Shown here piece by piece: positions 49,045 to 59,764 of a stretch of 64,000 nt of DNA. Below the pieces are notes generated by a model. The model searched no databases. It worked only from the letters and a program-made list of their open reading frames with translations, and was not told where the DNA came from. The position numbers were made by a program, and so were the translations under genes. The stretch is from assembly GCA_036522305.1 (NCBI GenBank), contig DATDGB010000007.1:18342-82341 (forward strand). The letters run 5' to 3'. Origin of the DNA: Candidatus Acidiferrum sp. (GTDB lineage: Bacteria; Acidobacteriota; Terriglobia; Acidiferrales; UBA7541). Positions within the stretch are counted from its first letter, which is position 1, and each line of letters opens with the position of its first letter.

Positions 49045-50136
49045 ATGGCCGAAGTGGAGACCAAAGTTTTCCCCATCGAAGCATTGCGCGAGTTCAGTAT
49101 TCGCATGTTCATCCATTTCGGTGTCCCCAAAATAGACGCCGCCCAGGCCGCCGATGTCCTCGCCGCTGCCGACCTGCGCGGCATCGACTCCCACGGCGTT
49201 GCTCGCCTGCACAGTTACTTTGACATGCTCGCGCTTCGCCGCATCAACCCCTTGCCTGAAATCAAAGTGCTGCGCTCCACGCCCAGCACCGCCACGATCG
49301 ATGGCGACAACGGCCTCGGCCTCGTCGTTGGCCCGCACGCCAATCGCTTTGCCATGGACATGGCCGAACGCTTCGGCTCCGGCTGGGTCAGCGTGCAAAA
49401 CACCAATCATTACGGCATCGCCGGCTACTACGTCTTGAAAGCGCTGGAGCGCAACCTCATCGGCTGGGCCATGACCAATTCCACCAAGCTGGTCGCGCCG
49501 CTTTGGGGAGCTGAACGCATGCTCGGCACCAACCCCATCGCCATCGGTTTTCCCGGCCTGGAAGAGCCGCCCATCGTGATCGACTTGGCCACCAGCGCCG
49601 TCGCTTACGGAAAAATCGAAATCGCGCGCCGGCGTGGCGAGCCCATTCCCGAAGGTTGGGCCGTCGACAGCGAAGGCCGCGACACAACCAATCCAAATGA
49701 CATGGTCGATGGCGGCGCGCTCTTGCCGCTGGGTTCCGATCGCGACCGCGGCGGACACAAAGGCTACGGCTTGGCCATTATGGTGGACGTCTTGTGCGGC
49801 GTGCTCAGCGGTGCGAATTGGGGACCGTTCACTCCGCCCTTTGCGCTGCGGCAGGAAATTCCAAAGCGCAGCGTCGGCAATGGCATCGGACATTTCTTCG
49901 GCGCGATGCAAATCGATGGTTTCATCGACCGCGATTCTTTCAAGCGCCAGATCGATGACTACATTCGCACTTTTCGCGCCACCAAACCCGCTCCCGGTAC
50001 CAACGGGCCACTCTTGCCCGGTGATCCCGAACGCGAAGCAGAAAAGTTGCGCCGCAAGTATGGCATCCCGCTAGTGATGCCCGTCGTCGAAGAACTCCGC
50101 GACATCGCCAAACAAACCGGCATTTCCTTCGAGTAG
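49045..50136 (+). CDS. Ldh_2 family (malate/L-lactate/ureidoglycolate) dehydrogenase
   Basis: DLRGIDSHG, NHYG, GTNPIA, GHKGYGL. Confidence 0.9.
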   Translation: MAEVETKVFPIEALREFSIRMFIHFGVPKIDAAQAADVLAAADLRGIDSHGVARLHSYFDMLALRRINPLPEIKVLRSTPSTATIDGDNGLGLVVGPHANRFAMDMAERFGSGWVSVQNTNHYGIAGYYVLKALERNLIGWAMTNSTKLVAPLWGAERMLGTNPIAIGFPGLEEPPIVIDLATSAVAYGKIEIARRRGEPIPEGWAVDSEGRDTTNPNDMVDGGALLPLGSDRDRGGHKGYGLAIMVDVLCGVLSGANWGPFTPPFALRQEIPKRSVGNGIGHFFGAMQIDGFIDRDSFKRQIDDYIRTFRATKPAPGTNGPLLPGDPEREAEKLRRKYGIPLVMPVVEELRDIAKQTGISFE

Positions 50137-50151
50137 AAGTTGGGGAATACT

Positions 50152-51480
50152 CTAACGTAGGAGAGATTCGCTCGACTCGCCGCGAATTGACGCATCGAGG
50201 ATTTGAATCGTGTGCAACACGCGAGTCTTTTGCCCGCCTCGCGCCAGCGCGGATTGCATTTGCAAAATACATCCGGGATTCCCTGTCGCCACTACATCCG
50301 CATTCAGCGGCTCAATAAGATAAGCCTTGCGGTCCCCGAGCTCGTTGGCCGCTTCCGGTTGCACAAGATTAAAAATTCCCGCCGAGCCGCAACAAATCGC
50401 CGCTTCCGGAATTTCCGCAAGCTCCAGCCCGGGAATGCCCGAAAGCAGTGCGCGCGGCTGCAGACGAACGCCCTGCGCATGCTGCAAGTGACACGAATCG
50501 TGAAATGCCACGCGCAATTCTAACCGCCGGCGTTTCGCCCGCGGCTCGAGTCCGGCCAATACTTCGCTGATATCTTTGCACTTCGCCGCGAACACCTTCG
50601 CGCGCCCTGCGTAAACCGGATCATCCCGAAGCAAGTGCCCGTACTCCTTCACGTTTGAGCCGCAGCCGGCGGCATTCGTGACGACCGTCTCGACGTTCGC
50701 GCGTTCGAACACCTCAATCGTCCGTTTCGCCAGTTCCACCGCCGCCGCTTCCTCTCCGGCGTGCACCAGAAGCGCCCCGCAGCAAGGTTGCTCTTCCGGC
50801 GCAACGACTTCGCAGCCTTCCGCGGCAAGAACTCGCGCCGTGGCGGCATTCACTTGCGAGAAGAATTCTCGTTGCACGCAGCCCAGCAGCAATCCAACCC
50901 GCCGCCGCTTCGTGCCTATGGCCGGCGTAACTCCCGCGACCGCTTCCCGTCTTCCCAGCTTCGGCAGGAGCGCTTCCATCGTTTGAAGCTTCTTCGGCAA
51001 TAACTTCAGCAGACCCAATCCTCGGGCGACTGCCTGCAATCCCAGTTTTTGATAAGCCAGCAGCGGCAACCGCATTCGCCGCAGGCGATCCGGCTGCGCA
51101 AAGTTCTCGAACATAAATCGCCGGTGGCGTTTTTCTCCCGGCGAACGTTCGGTCTTTCGTTCGATTTGCGCGCGCGTCGCCTCGATCAGTTTTCCATAAT
51201 CCACGCCGGAAGGGCACGCCGTCATGCAAGCCATGCAGCCTAGGCAGCTGTCAAAGTGGCTCACCCACGTCGCATTCATTTCCGCCGCGCCCTCGCTCGC
51301 CATCTTCATCAGGTAGATTCGCCCGCGCGGCGAATCCATTTCCTGTCCCCACAAAACGTACGTGGGACACACCGGCAAACAGAACCCGCAGTGCACGCAC
51401 TGTTCGATGATGGCCTTCGAAGGCGCATGGTGTGCGTCAAATGCACTGGGTTGCTGAGTGTTTGGTGTTTTAGTGGTCAT
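50152..51480 (-). CDS. glcF: Glycolate oxidase Fe-S subunit
   Basis: CVHCGFCLPVCPTY, CLGCMACMTACPSGV, two CCG domains. Confidence 0.9.
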   Translation of the reverse strand: MTTKTPNTQQPSAFDAHHAPSKAIIEQCVHCGFCLPVCPTYVLWGQEMDSPRGRIYLMKMASEGAAEMNATWVSHFDSCLGCMACMTACPSGVDYGKLIEATRAQIERKTERSPGEKRHRRFMFENFAQPDRLRRMRLPLLAYQKLGLQAVARGLGLLKLLPKKLQTMEALLPKLGRREAVAGVTPAIGTKRRRVGLLLGCVQREFFSQVNAATARVLAAEGCEVVAPEEQPCCGALLVHAGEEAAAVELAKRTIEVFERANVETVVTNAAGCGSNVKEYGHLLRDDPVYAGRAKVFAAKCKDISEVLAGLEPRAKRRRLELRVAFHDSCHLQHAQGVRLQPRALLSGIPGLELAEIPEAAICCGSAGIFNLVQPEAANELGDRKAYLIEPLNADVVATGNPGCILQMQSALARGGQKTRVLHTIQILDASIRGESSESLLR

Positions 51481-51499
51481 TTTATTTCGCCCAGATGAT

Positions 51500-52105
51500 T
51501 CAGGCGGAATCCTTGTGCAGTGCCCGGTCTAAGTCGTTTTGCAGAGTTTCTGGCGCTGCGCCGAACAACTCCACGGGGCCGTATTTGTGATTGGGTCGCA
51601 GCTTTACGGTGGAATGCTCCGGTTCGATTGTCGCTCCGGTCACCTCGATTCGGATTGGTTTCTTGGTATCCGCCCAGCAATGAAGCCGAAAGGATTCACT
51701 GGGAAACGAATCATAATCCATGAGCCACTGGCCAATGAGAAGCATGGCTTTCTCGCCGCCAGCAAAAAAGCAGAATGCGGGGCCATCGTCACCAATAAGC
51801 TCAATATCCAAGACGCGGGAATCCGAAACTTCGAATACTTCGACCGCCTTTTCATTTGTTTTTTGACTTTCGCGCCGCTGTGCCCCTTGAAAGAAACGGA
51901 TATTAGAATAGGATGACGCCAGGAAAAGGCCCACGCCAACTACGCTGGCGATCAACACCGATCGCCATAGGAAATAAACGCATCCAGATAACACAAGGGA
52001 AATCGGAAGCACGACCACCAGGAGATTGCGTCTCAATGACCCGCCGCCCCGGGTCAGCGCTTTAGGATCGAGGTCGTCCGCAGCGCGCTGGTAGATGTTC
52101 AGCAT
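51500..52105 (-). CDS. Hypothetical membrane protein between glcE and glcF
   Basis: 201-aa ORF with two N-terminal TMs filling the gap. Confidence 0.65.
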   Translation of the reverse strand: MLNIYQRAADDLDPKALTRGGGSLRRNLLVVVLPISLVLSGCVYFLWRSVLIASVVGVGLFLASSYSNIRFFQGAQRRESQKTNEKAVEVFEVSDSRVLDIELIGDDGPAFCFFAGGEKAMLLIGQWLMDYDSFPSESFRLHCWADTKKPIRIEVTGATIEPEHSTVKLRPNHKYGPVELFGAAPETLQNDLDRALHKDSA

Positions 52106-52116
52106 GAAAATAATCT

Positions 52117-53409
52117 TCAGATGCCGCCCACAAATCGCCCCGGATTCAGCGAGTTTTTTGGATCGAGCCGCTGCTTCAGCGCTTTCATCAGCGGCAGCGC
52201 GTCTCCCGGGTTTCCCCAGGCCTCAAACTCGGCCATTTTTTCCGGCCGATGCAGCGCTACGAGCGATCCGCCATGAATTTCCATTTCCACGCGCAGCAGT
52301 TGCAGCGCGCCCTTTAGGGCTGCCGGCTTCCCCTCCAGCCGGACCCATCCGAGTCCTGTCGCGTACACCAACGCACGCCAACGCAGGTGGTGCAACTTGG
52401 CTGCCTGCTCCACTCCTCCCATTGCGCGCGCTAAATCCCCCGGCAACAGGCTGACCTTTGCAACCGCCGTTGTATTCGGATCCACAAAGTTCCATAATTC
52501 CTCGCGCGCCGCCCAAGTCGGAGTGGAAGCCTCCATCACGTTTGCAGGCGCGGCCAAACTTCGCAATTGCGATTCCTGTGCCGTCAGCCCAGCCTCCGTG
52601 CCTTCAAACAAAATGTCGGAAACGGGCGGAGCTTCGTCGGAAAATTGGGATTGCAGAAACGTGTGAGCGAGTTTCGAGTCCTGAACCGCTAACACAAACC
52701 GCTGCGTTTCATCGGCCTTCGCGGAAAAGACAGAAAACGAGCGCGTGTTCCGGGGAAGCGGGTGCAGACGAAACACCGCGCGGGTAATCACGCCGAGCGT
52801 TCCCAGCGCGCCAGTGACTAGCTTCGGCAGGTCATAGCCGGCCACGTTTTTTACAACTTTGCCGCCGCTGCTCGCCAGCGTCCCATCCGGCAGCGCGATG
52901 GTAGCGCCGATGATCAAGTCGCGCAGCGCGCCAAATCGCAATCGCAGCGCCCCGCTGTCGTTGGTGGAAAGCACGCCCCCAACGGTAGCTTTCTCCGGCC
53001 AAAGGGGATCTAGCGCCAGCCGCTGCCCATGCTGCGCCAGCGTTTCCTGCAATCTTTGAATGGTGCCGCCGGCTTCGACACTTACGGTGAGGTCTGCCCA
53101 GGCGTGCTCGATGATTTCCGTCATCCGCGCTGTCGATAAAATCAAATCCGCGCGCGCCGGCGGATTTCCCCATCCCAGCTTCGTCCCGCCGCCCCGAGGA
53201 ATCACCGCCAGCCCCGCCTCATTCGCAAGCCGCAAAACTTCGGCGAGCTCGCTTTCCGTTCCCGGTTCAATCACCAGTTTCGGCTGCACTCCCGCGACGG
53301 CATCCGCAGCACCCGCAGCGTGCACATTCTCATTCCCCACTAGCGCGATGATTTTGTAACGCAGCGATGAATGCAGGCCGCTGGATTCGGATTTGGTTGC
53401 GACATCCAT
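52117..53409 (-). CDS. glcE: Glycolate oxidase FAD subunit
   Basis: GGKVVKNVAGYDL, LDPKNSLNPGR. Confidence 0.85.
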   Translation of the reverse strand: MDVATKSESSGLHSSLRYKIIALVGNENVHAAGAADAVAGVQPKLVIEPGTESELAEVLRLANEAGLAVIPRGGGTKLGWGNPPARADLILSTARMTEIIEHAWADLTVSVEAGGTIQRLQETLAQHGQRLALDPLWPEKATVGGVLSTNDSGALRLRFGALRDLIIGATIALPDGTLASSGGKVVKNVAGYDLPKLVTGALGTLGVITRAVFRLHPLPRNTRSFSVFSAKADETQRFVLAVQDSKLAHTFLQSQFSDEAPPVSDILFEGTEAGLTAQESQLRSLAAPANVMEASTPTWAAREELWNFVDPNTTAVAKVSLLPGDLARAMGGVEQAAKLHHLRWRALVYATGLGWVRLEGKPAALKGALQLLRVEMEIHGGSLVALHRPEKMAEFEAWGNPGDALPLMKALKQRLDPKNSLNPGRFVGGI

Positions 53410-53418
53410 GATTGAGTG

Positions 53419-54876
53419 TCAGTAGCGCTCCGCGATCCCCGCGGATTCCGCCGGATGCGCCACATATTCGCCGGGCTTTTCCCCGCAGAGGCGCGGAGTC
53501 GGAAAAACTTTCGTGGGATTCGAAAGCTGCAGCGGATCAAACGCACACCGCACCCGCTGCATCGTCGCCAAATCCGGCTCGGCAAACATCTTCGACATCG
53601 CTTTCTTTTTGTCCTCGCCCACGCCGTGCTCCCCGGTAATCGAGCCGCCCGCCTCAATGCATAACTCCAGGATTCTCGCCGAAAGCGCTTCCGCCGCCTT
53701 TTCTTGGCCATCGATGCGGCGATCGTAAAGGACCAACGGATGCAAGTTTCCGTCGCCGGCGTGAAACACGTTGGCCACACGCACTCCCGCTTCTTCGCTG
53801 AGTCGGTTGATTTCGCTCAACACTCGCGGTAACGCCGTGCGCGGAATCACTCCGTCCTGCACGATATAGTTCGGCGAAATCCGCCCCATCGCGGCAAACG
53901 CCGCCTTGCGCCCTTTCCACACCAGCGCGCGTTCCGCATCTGACTGGGCCACGCGAATCTCCGACGCGCCATTCGATCGGCAAATCTCGTTCACGTCGGT
54001 CATCAAGGCTTCAACCTCAGCCACAGGCCCATCGAGTTCCACGAGAAGCAAGCCGCCACAGTTCGGATAGTTCGCGTGTACCGCCGCTTCCGCTGCTTGA
54101 ATCGACAGGTCGTCCATCATTTCAATCGCTGCAGGCAGCATGCCAGCCGCGATGATATCGCTCACCGCCGCCCCCGCTTCATTCGTGGATGGAAATGCCG
54201 CCAGAAGTGTTCGAATGCACTCCGGCCGCTTCACGATCCGCAAAATAATTTTCGTGGCTACGCCCAGCGTGCCTTCCGAGCCAACGAAAACTCCCGCCAG
54301 ATCGTAGCCAGGCGCATCGAGCGTCTTTCCGCCGAAATGCACCAGCAAGCCATCCGGGAGCACAACTTCCAGTCCCAGAACATGCGTCGTCGTGAATCCG
54401 TACTTCAGGCAATGTGCCCCGCCCGAATTTTCCGCCACGTTTCCGCCGATGCTGCAAATCGATTGCGACGAAGGATCAGGCGCGTAAAAATAATCTTGCG
54501 GTGACACCCGTCCTGTCACGTCGAGATTGATGACGCCGGGTTCGACGACCACGCGCGCATTCGGAAAATCCACTTCAAGAATGCGATTCATCCGCGCCAG
54601 GCTGATCACGATCCCGTTCTGAACAGGCAGCGCCCCGCCGCTCAGTCCTGTGCCCGAGCCGCGCGCCACGAATGGCATTCGTTCGCGGTGGCAGATTCGA
54701 ATGATCGCCTGAACTTCTTCCGTGGAATTGGGCAGCAGCACCGCGCGAGGCATCACGCGGAAATTGGTCAATCCATCGCACTCGTAGGTATGGAGTTCTT
54801 CCGGCGAAGAAATCAGTCCGCGTCCGCCGACGATCTCTCGAAGCTCATCAAGAAGGCGTGCTTCCATAGGCTTCAC
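53419..54876 (-). CDS. glcD: Glycolate oxidase subunit D
   Basis: GSGTGLSGG, PDPSSQ, GGAHCLKYG, HAGDGNLHP, GEHGVG. Confidence 0.9.
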   Translation of the reverse strand: MKPMEARLLDELREIVGGRGLISSPEELHTYECDGLTNFRVMPRAVLLPNSTEEVQAIIRICHRERMPFVARGSGTGLSGGALPVQNGIVISLARMNRILEVDFPNARVVVEPGVINLDVTGRVSPQDYFYAPDPSSQSICSIGGNVAENSGGAHCLKYGFTTTHVLGLEVVLPDGLLVHFGGKTLDAPGYDLAGVFVGSEGTLGVATKIILRIVKRPECIRTLLAAFPSTNEAGAAVSDIIAAGMLPAAIEMMDDLSIQAAEAAVHANYPNCGGLLLVELDGPVAEVEALMTDVNEICRSNGASEIRVAQSDAERALVWKGRKAAFAAMGRISPNYIVQDGVIPRTALPRVLSEINRLSEEAGVRVANVFHAGDGNLHPLVLYDRRIDGQEKAAEALSARILELCIEAGGSITGEHGVGEDKKKAMSKMFAEPDLATMQRVRCAFDPLQLSNPTKVFPTPRLCGEKPGEYVAHPAESAGIAERY

Positions 54877-54906
54877 TCACCGGAATGCAAGTAGCAGCTT
54901 GCTCCA

Positions 54907-56622
54907 TCAGTGAATGAAGTTCAACCCATTCGGGATGAATTGTGGGAATACGTAGGCGTACATCATCACGATGATGCCCACAATGGCCGCCAGCGCGACG
55001 GAGTGCCAAAAAACAAATCGAAAGATCGATCCTTCGTTGCCAACCTGGTTGGTCGCCGCCGTAGCGATGCAAATGGATTGCGCGTCGATCATCTTGCCCA
55101 TCACGCCGCCCGCGCTATTCGTCGCACACATCAAAATCGGGCTCAGGTTGAGCTGCTGCGCAGTAATTTTCTGCAAACCGCCGAAGAGCACGTTCGAAGA
55201 AGTGTCGCTGCCCGTCAACGCCACGCCGAGCCACCCGATAAACGTACCGAAAAACGGAAAGAACCATCCTGTTCGCGTGAATGCCAGCCCTAAGACCGCG
55301 TCCATGCCCGAGTAGCGTGTCACATACCCCAGGCCCAGCATGCACGTCATCGCCACGATCGCGAATCTCAATCGCACCAGCGTACGGCCGAATATTGTCA
55401 AAAGCTTTCCTGGCCCCAGACCCAGGAGCAGCCCGGCAAGAATCGCCGCAATGAAGCAGCCCGTTCCGGTAGCCGTCAGCCAATTGAAATCGAAACGCGC
55501 ACCCTCGGGCGTCGCTTTTGCCACAACCGGCGCCGTTCGAAACACTTTGTTGTGCAAATACGGCCAGTCCCATCCCGCCGGGCCCGGCCGCGGTTTGCCA
55601 TCGGGAAGCGTGACTTTAAAAGCCGGCGTCGTCGCTTTGTTCATCGCCAACTTTATGCTCGGCAATCCCCAGATCAGTACCAGCACAGAGAGAATCGCAA
55701 ACGGCAACCACGCCTTGGCCGTCTGACCGGCCGTATAGCGCTTGACCACTTCGTTGCGGGCCACTTTCGCTGCATCTTCCTCGCGTTCGTCTTCGAAGCG
55801 CCAGATTCGCTTGGGCTGCCACACGCGCAAGAAAAGCATTGTCGCAAGCAGGGATACCACTCCGGCCGCGATGTCCACAAGATTGCTGTCCATGTGATTG
55901 GACCAGAACCATTGCGTCACCGCGAAGGAGCCCCCAACCACGAGGATGGCCGGAAGTACTTCGAACGTTTCCGACCAGCTCACCATCGCGCGAACCAGCC
56001 AGAAGGGAACAATGACTGCCGTAATCGGAAGAATGCGGCCAATCATCGCGCTCAGATCGCTTTCCGACAGCGCGGTCACGTTCGCCAGTGCGTGCACCGG
56101 AGTACCGATCGCGCCCCAGGCAACAGGCGCAGTGTTGGCAATCAAGTTGAGCGCCGCCGCTTGAAACGGTTTGAACCCTAGCCCAATCATGAATGCACCG
56201 GCGATTGCGACGGGCGCGCCAAACCCCGCGCAGCCTTCAATGAATGCGCCGAAACAGAACGCCACGAGCAAGAGCTGCAACCGGCGATCGGGCGTAATCG
56301 CCGCGACGGAATGCTTCATGATTTCGAACTGGCCGGTCTCCACGGAAATGTCATAGAGAAAAACAGCCGCGATGACGATCCACACGATTTTCAGCAGGCC
56401 AAACGCCGACCCATAAAAAAAACTGCTCACTGCGAGTACCGCGGGCATTTTGAAAACCAGGATGGCGCACAGGACCGCGGTGGCCGCGCCGGCTACGGCG
56501 CACAGGTGCGCCTTCACCTTTAATCCCGCTAGCAGGCCCAGCAGGACGATAATCGGCAGCGCGGCGACGAGCGTCGAAAGCCACCAGTGCCCCAGGGGAT
56601 CGTAAACTTGTGTCCAAGTCAC
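54907..56622 (-). CDS. L-lactate/glycolate permease (LctP family)
   Basis: WTQVYDPLG, EGCAGFGAP, TGSDTSSN, GGVMGKMI. Confidence 0.92.
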   Translation of the reverse strand: MTWTQVYDPLGHWWLSTLVAALPIIVLLGLLAGLKVKAHLCAVAGAATAVLCAILVFKMPAVLAVSSFFYGSAFGLLKIVWIVIAAVFLYDISVETGQFEIMKHSVAAITPDRRLQLLLVAFCFGAFIEGCAGFGAPVAIAGAFMIGLGFKPFQAAALNLIANTAPVAWGAIGTPVHALANVTALSESDLSAMIGRILPITAVIVPFWLVRAMVSWSETFEVLPAILVVGGSFAVTQWFWSNHMDSNLVDIAAGVVSLLATMLFLRVWQPKRIWRFEDEREEDAAKVARNEVVKRYTAGQTAKAWLPFAILSVLVLIWGLPSIKLAMNKATTPAFKVTLPDGKPRPGPAGWDWPYLHNKVFRTAPVVAKATPEGARFDFNWLTATGTGCFIAAILAGLLLGLGPGKLLTIFGRTLVRLRFAIVAMTCMLGLGYVTRYSGMDAVLGLAFTRTGWFFPFFGTFIGWLGVALTGSDTSSNVLFGGLQKITAQQLNLSPILMCATNSAGGVMGKMIDAQSICIATAATNQVGNEGSIFRFVFWHSVALAAIVGIIVMMYAYVFPQFIPNGLNFIH

Positions 56623-56691
56623 AGCTGCGCCTCCAGCATATCGGCAAACCTTGCGTTCCGGTGGCTGAAATACTTCCTTCCCGCGTTCTTG

Positions 56692-58131
56692 TCAAGCGTT
56701 AACTATTTCCTCTTTTGAGCCCTTTGGCCGTAAGCGGCGGAAGAGCTGTGCTGCAACGGCCAGCAGTGCGGGGAAGCAGACCAGCACGTAGCGCGGCTCA
56801 CAGGTTTGCAATTGTGTGAGGAAGGCGGTGCGAACGACGATGAATGTGACGATGAGAAGAACTCCAGGATTCGTACGGCAAAGCCACGCGGCGGCAAGAA
56901 AAAGTACAACATAGAAAACATTGAGGAATGCAAATCCAAGAGTGACCTCAAACTCGGCAGGATTGCGGTGGTAGCTATCCGCGAGCGGCCAGAAGCGGCC
57001 GGGAAAAGGCAGCAGCGTAGTTCGCGGAGTAAACCACATCGAAGCGGAGCGCTCGAGCGGGACCCAAACGTAAGTGCGAATCGGATGATGCCTTGATCGT
57101 TCGCGTGCCAACTCGGCAAACTGCAGATCGAGTGAGCGAGTCATGCCGTGCGTGCGACTGTACTGATCGAGCAGGGAAGCGACGCGCGACAATTCTTCGG
57201 GAGAATCCACCGCGTACGACGGAAGATTCTTCGCGTCGATCGGCTGTGCGGGCAGCTTCCAGGTGAAAAGATAGGCATCGCGAAAACGAAACATCCAGGT
57301 TTTCGTCCAGGCGTAAAAACCTGTTGGAAGAACATCGCCGTACGTTTCCGCGTAGCGCGGCGCAAGAAATTGCACGCGACCAACACTCAATGCATTGCGC
57401 GCGGCCCACGGTGCGAGCGGCAACAACAATCCGGCGATCGTCCAAAGTGTTGCGAGCGCTAATTTTTTCCAATTCGCGGGACGCCGATATCGGAGCCAAA
57501 GCGCGACCAGTACGGCAACGAGAAGCAGCGGCGTTTCCGGGCGAACGAGAGTGCCGAAGCCAACCACGAGTCCGCCGGCGAACCAAATTTTTGCGGCGCG
57601 GAGCGCATCGCGGTTGGTGACGATGCGATCGACCTCCAATCCCGCTGGCGACAGAAAAATCAGCAGCGCAAGCGTGGTGAGAAATACCGCCAAGACTTCC
57701 GTGAGCGGTACTGCAGCGTAGTTCGCCGTGAAAGGGCAAAGAGCTGTCAGCCAGAGCGCAGCAATTGCGACGCGGCCTCGAGCGGCTTCCGAGGCGCCAG
57801 CTGCCAGGCGAGCGGCGATGTCCACAGCCAGCACGCACGTGGCGAGGTCGACGAAAGCTTGCGCCAGCATAACCGCCTGGCGGCCCGCGCCGGCCAGGAA
57901 ATAAATGGCAGAGAGGAATGCAGGATAGCCGGGGCCGCGCGCATCGGACGGAAGAAGCTGCCCGTGCGAATAGAAGCCGTAGATGCCGTGGTAGAGCCAG
58001 TTGCGGGCGAGTTCTTCGTAGTAGGCGGTGTCGCCGGAGTAAAAAGGGAATCGCCAGATGAAGAAGAGGCGCAAGGCCAGTCCGGCGAGGAGCGCGGGCG
58101 CGAGATGTTTGTATAAAACTTTGGAGAACAT
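56692..58131 (-). CDS. GT-C (family 39-like) membrane glycosyltransferase
   Basis: GDTAYY, PGYPAFL, LTEVLA, PWAARN, EPRY; many TMs. Confidence 0.7.
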   Translation of the reverse strand: MFSKVLYKHLAPALLAGLALRLFFIWRFPFYSGDTAYYEELARNWLYHGIYGFYSHGQLLPSDARGPGYPAFLSAIYFLAGAGRQAVMLAQAFVDLATCVLAVDIAARLAAGASEAARGRVAIAALWLTALCPFTANYAAVPLTEVLAVFLTTLALLIFLSPAGLEVDRIVTNRDALRAAKIWFAGGLVVGFGTLVRPETPLLLVAVLVALWLRYRRPANWKKLALATLWTIAGLLLPLAPWAARNALSVGRVQFLAPRYAETYGDVLPTGFYAWTKTWMFRFRDAYLFTWKLPAQPIDAKNLPSYAVDSPEELSRVASLLDQYSRTHGMTRSLDLQFAELARERSRHHPIRTYVWVPLERSASMWFTPRTTLLPFPGRFWPLADSYHRNPAEFEVTLGFAFLNVFYVVLFLAAAWLCRTNPGVLLIVTFIVVRTAFLTQLQTCEPRYVLVCFPALLAVAAQLFRRLRPKGSKEEIVNA

Positions 58132-58241
58132 TTTGTGCGGCCGAAGCTGAATCGGATGGCACGGGCATTGTAGCAAGCGCGGGACTTAGGGCAAAAAACT
58201 CCGCTGACAAGGGCTTGACACTCAGGGTAGAATCGCTGCAA

Positions 58242-58622
58242 ATGGCTAACGCACCGGATGCTGTAAAAGCCCCTGGAATGGTGCCCGACGAGCAGAAGTT
58301 TGAACCGCGCTCGAAGGGAATCTCCACTGCGCGCAAGAAGAAGCCGAAAGAACTGGCCGTCATTACAGAGTGCTGCACCGGTTGCGCCGGATCGCCGGCT
58401 TGCGTGGAGTACTGCCCGGTGGAAGATTGCATGTTCTGGGTGCCGGACGAGGACAATCCACCGTTCGGGCGCATCCAGATTGACCCCCTCCAGTGCATCG
58501 GCTGCAAGAAGTGCCTCAGCAAAGGTCCGGACGGCTGCTTCCTGGACGGTTGCCCGTGGGACGCCATCGTCATGGTGGATATCGCCGAAGTCGAAAAAGA
58601 AGTCGGCCCGATGTCGTATTGA
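58242..58622 (+). CDS. 4Fe-4S dicluster ferredoxin-like protein
   Basis: CTGCAGSPACVEYCP and CIGCKKC..GCPWDAI. Confidence 0.85.
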   Translation: MANAPDAVKAPGMVPDEQKFEPRSKGISTARKKKPKELAVITECCTGCAGSPACVEYCPVEDCMFWVPDEDNPPFGRIQIDPLQCIGCKKCLSKGPDGCFLDGCPWDAIVMVDIAEVEKEVGPMSY

Positions 58623-58801
58623 TTGCATTCCTTCGTGTTCGGAAAATCTCGTTAACAAGAACCGTGCCCCTCTGTTTTTCATAAGTTGCATCTAAGGGGT
58701 TTAGTCTCCCTGTAAATCCATTAGAATCAAAACTTACGGATCATCGCGCAAGGGCAATAATATACTTGACTCAGTAAAGCGTTTCTGCCATACTTTGACC
58801 A

Positions 58802-59764
58802 GTGAGAGACGCCATGAAAAAGCCAAGAACCTTGCAGCAAGCCATCGTTCATTACTCCAAGCCAGAGAATTGCCTCGCGTTCATCGTTGAACGTCGCTGG
58901 CCGAACGGCGTTGAGTGCCCCACCTGCGGCAGCAAGGAAGTCCGCTTTCTCGCTACCCGCAATCTCTGGGAGTGCAAGTCGAAGCATCCTCGCAAGCAAT
59001 TCAGCGCGAAGGTTGGAACTATCTTCGAGGATTCCGCTCTCCCGCTTGACAAATGGCTCATCGCTATTTGGATGATTTCCAATTGTAAGAATGGCGTCAG
59101 CTCTTACGAAATTGCTCGCGCTCTTGGCGTGACTCAAAAGAGTGCGTGGTTCATGCTTCACAGAATCCGTCTCGCAATGCAGGCTAAGTCTTTCGTTAAA
59201 CTCGGCGGGAACGGCACTCCGGTTGAGGTAGATGAAACCTTCGTTGGTGGCGCTGCGCGATTCATGCACGCCGACAAGCGCCAGCGCCGGATTACTGAGA
59301 CTGGCACTAAGGACAAGATTGCGATTCAGGGGATTCTGGAACGTGGTGGAGAAATTCGCGCTGACGTTGTGTGGAATCGCAAAAAGCATTTGCTCCAAAA
59401 GAACATTCGCACTCACGTCAAAGCTGGCAGCGCAATCTACACTGACGCGCTCATGTCCTATATGGGACTCAATCAGGATTTCGCTCACCAAGTCATTGAC
59501 CACGCGGAACGGTACGTTGACGGACAGGTTCACACCAACGGACTCGAAAACTTCTGGAGTCTTTTGAAGCGCCAACTCAAGGGCACTTACATTAGCGTTG
59601 AAGAGTTCCATCTATTCCGTTACCTCGCGGAGCAAGTATTCCGCTACAACTATCGCGGCCTGCCTAACGACGGCGCTCGTTTTGTCGAAGTCGCATCTCA
59701 AATCTTTGGCAAGCGCCTGACCTACAAAGAACTCACCGGAAAAACAGAGTCCGCGGTCAATTAA
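58802..59764 (+). CDS. IS1595 family DDE transposase
   Basis: RWPNGVECPTC zinc ribbon, KSAWFMLHRIR, VEVDETF, YTD, HTNGLENFWSLLKR. Confidence 0.93.
   Translation: MRDAMKKPRTLQQAIVHYSKPENCLAFIVERRWPNGVECPTCGSKEVRFLATRNLWECKSKHPRKQFSAKVGTIFEDSALPLDKWLIAIWMISNCKNGVSSYEIARALGVTQKSAWFMLHRIRLAMQAKSFVKLGGNGTPVEVDETFVGGAARFMHADKRQRRITETGTKDKIAIQGILERGGEIRADVVWNRKKHLLQKNIRTHVKAGSAIYTDALMSYMGLNQDFAHQVIDHAERYVDGQVHTNGLENFWSLLKRQLKGTYISVEEFHLFRYLAEQVFRYNYRGLPNDGARFVEVASQIFGKRLTYKELTGKTESAVN

Noticed and set aside
56975-58691. 532-aa and 314-aa minus-strand ORFs
   Set aside because: Alternative frames over the GT-C and ferredoxin genes with non-protein-like composition
58727-59611. 294-aa minus-strand ORF
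   Set aside because: Antisense shadow of the transposase; crosses the TIR and has no recognisable motifs
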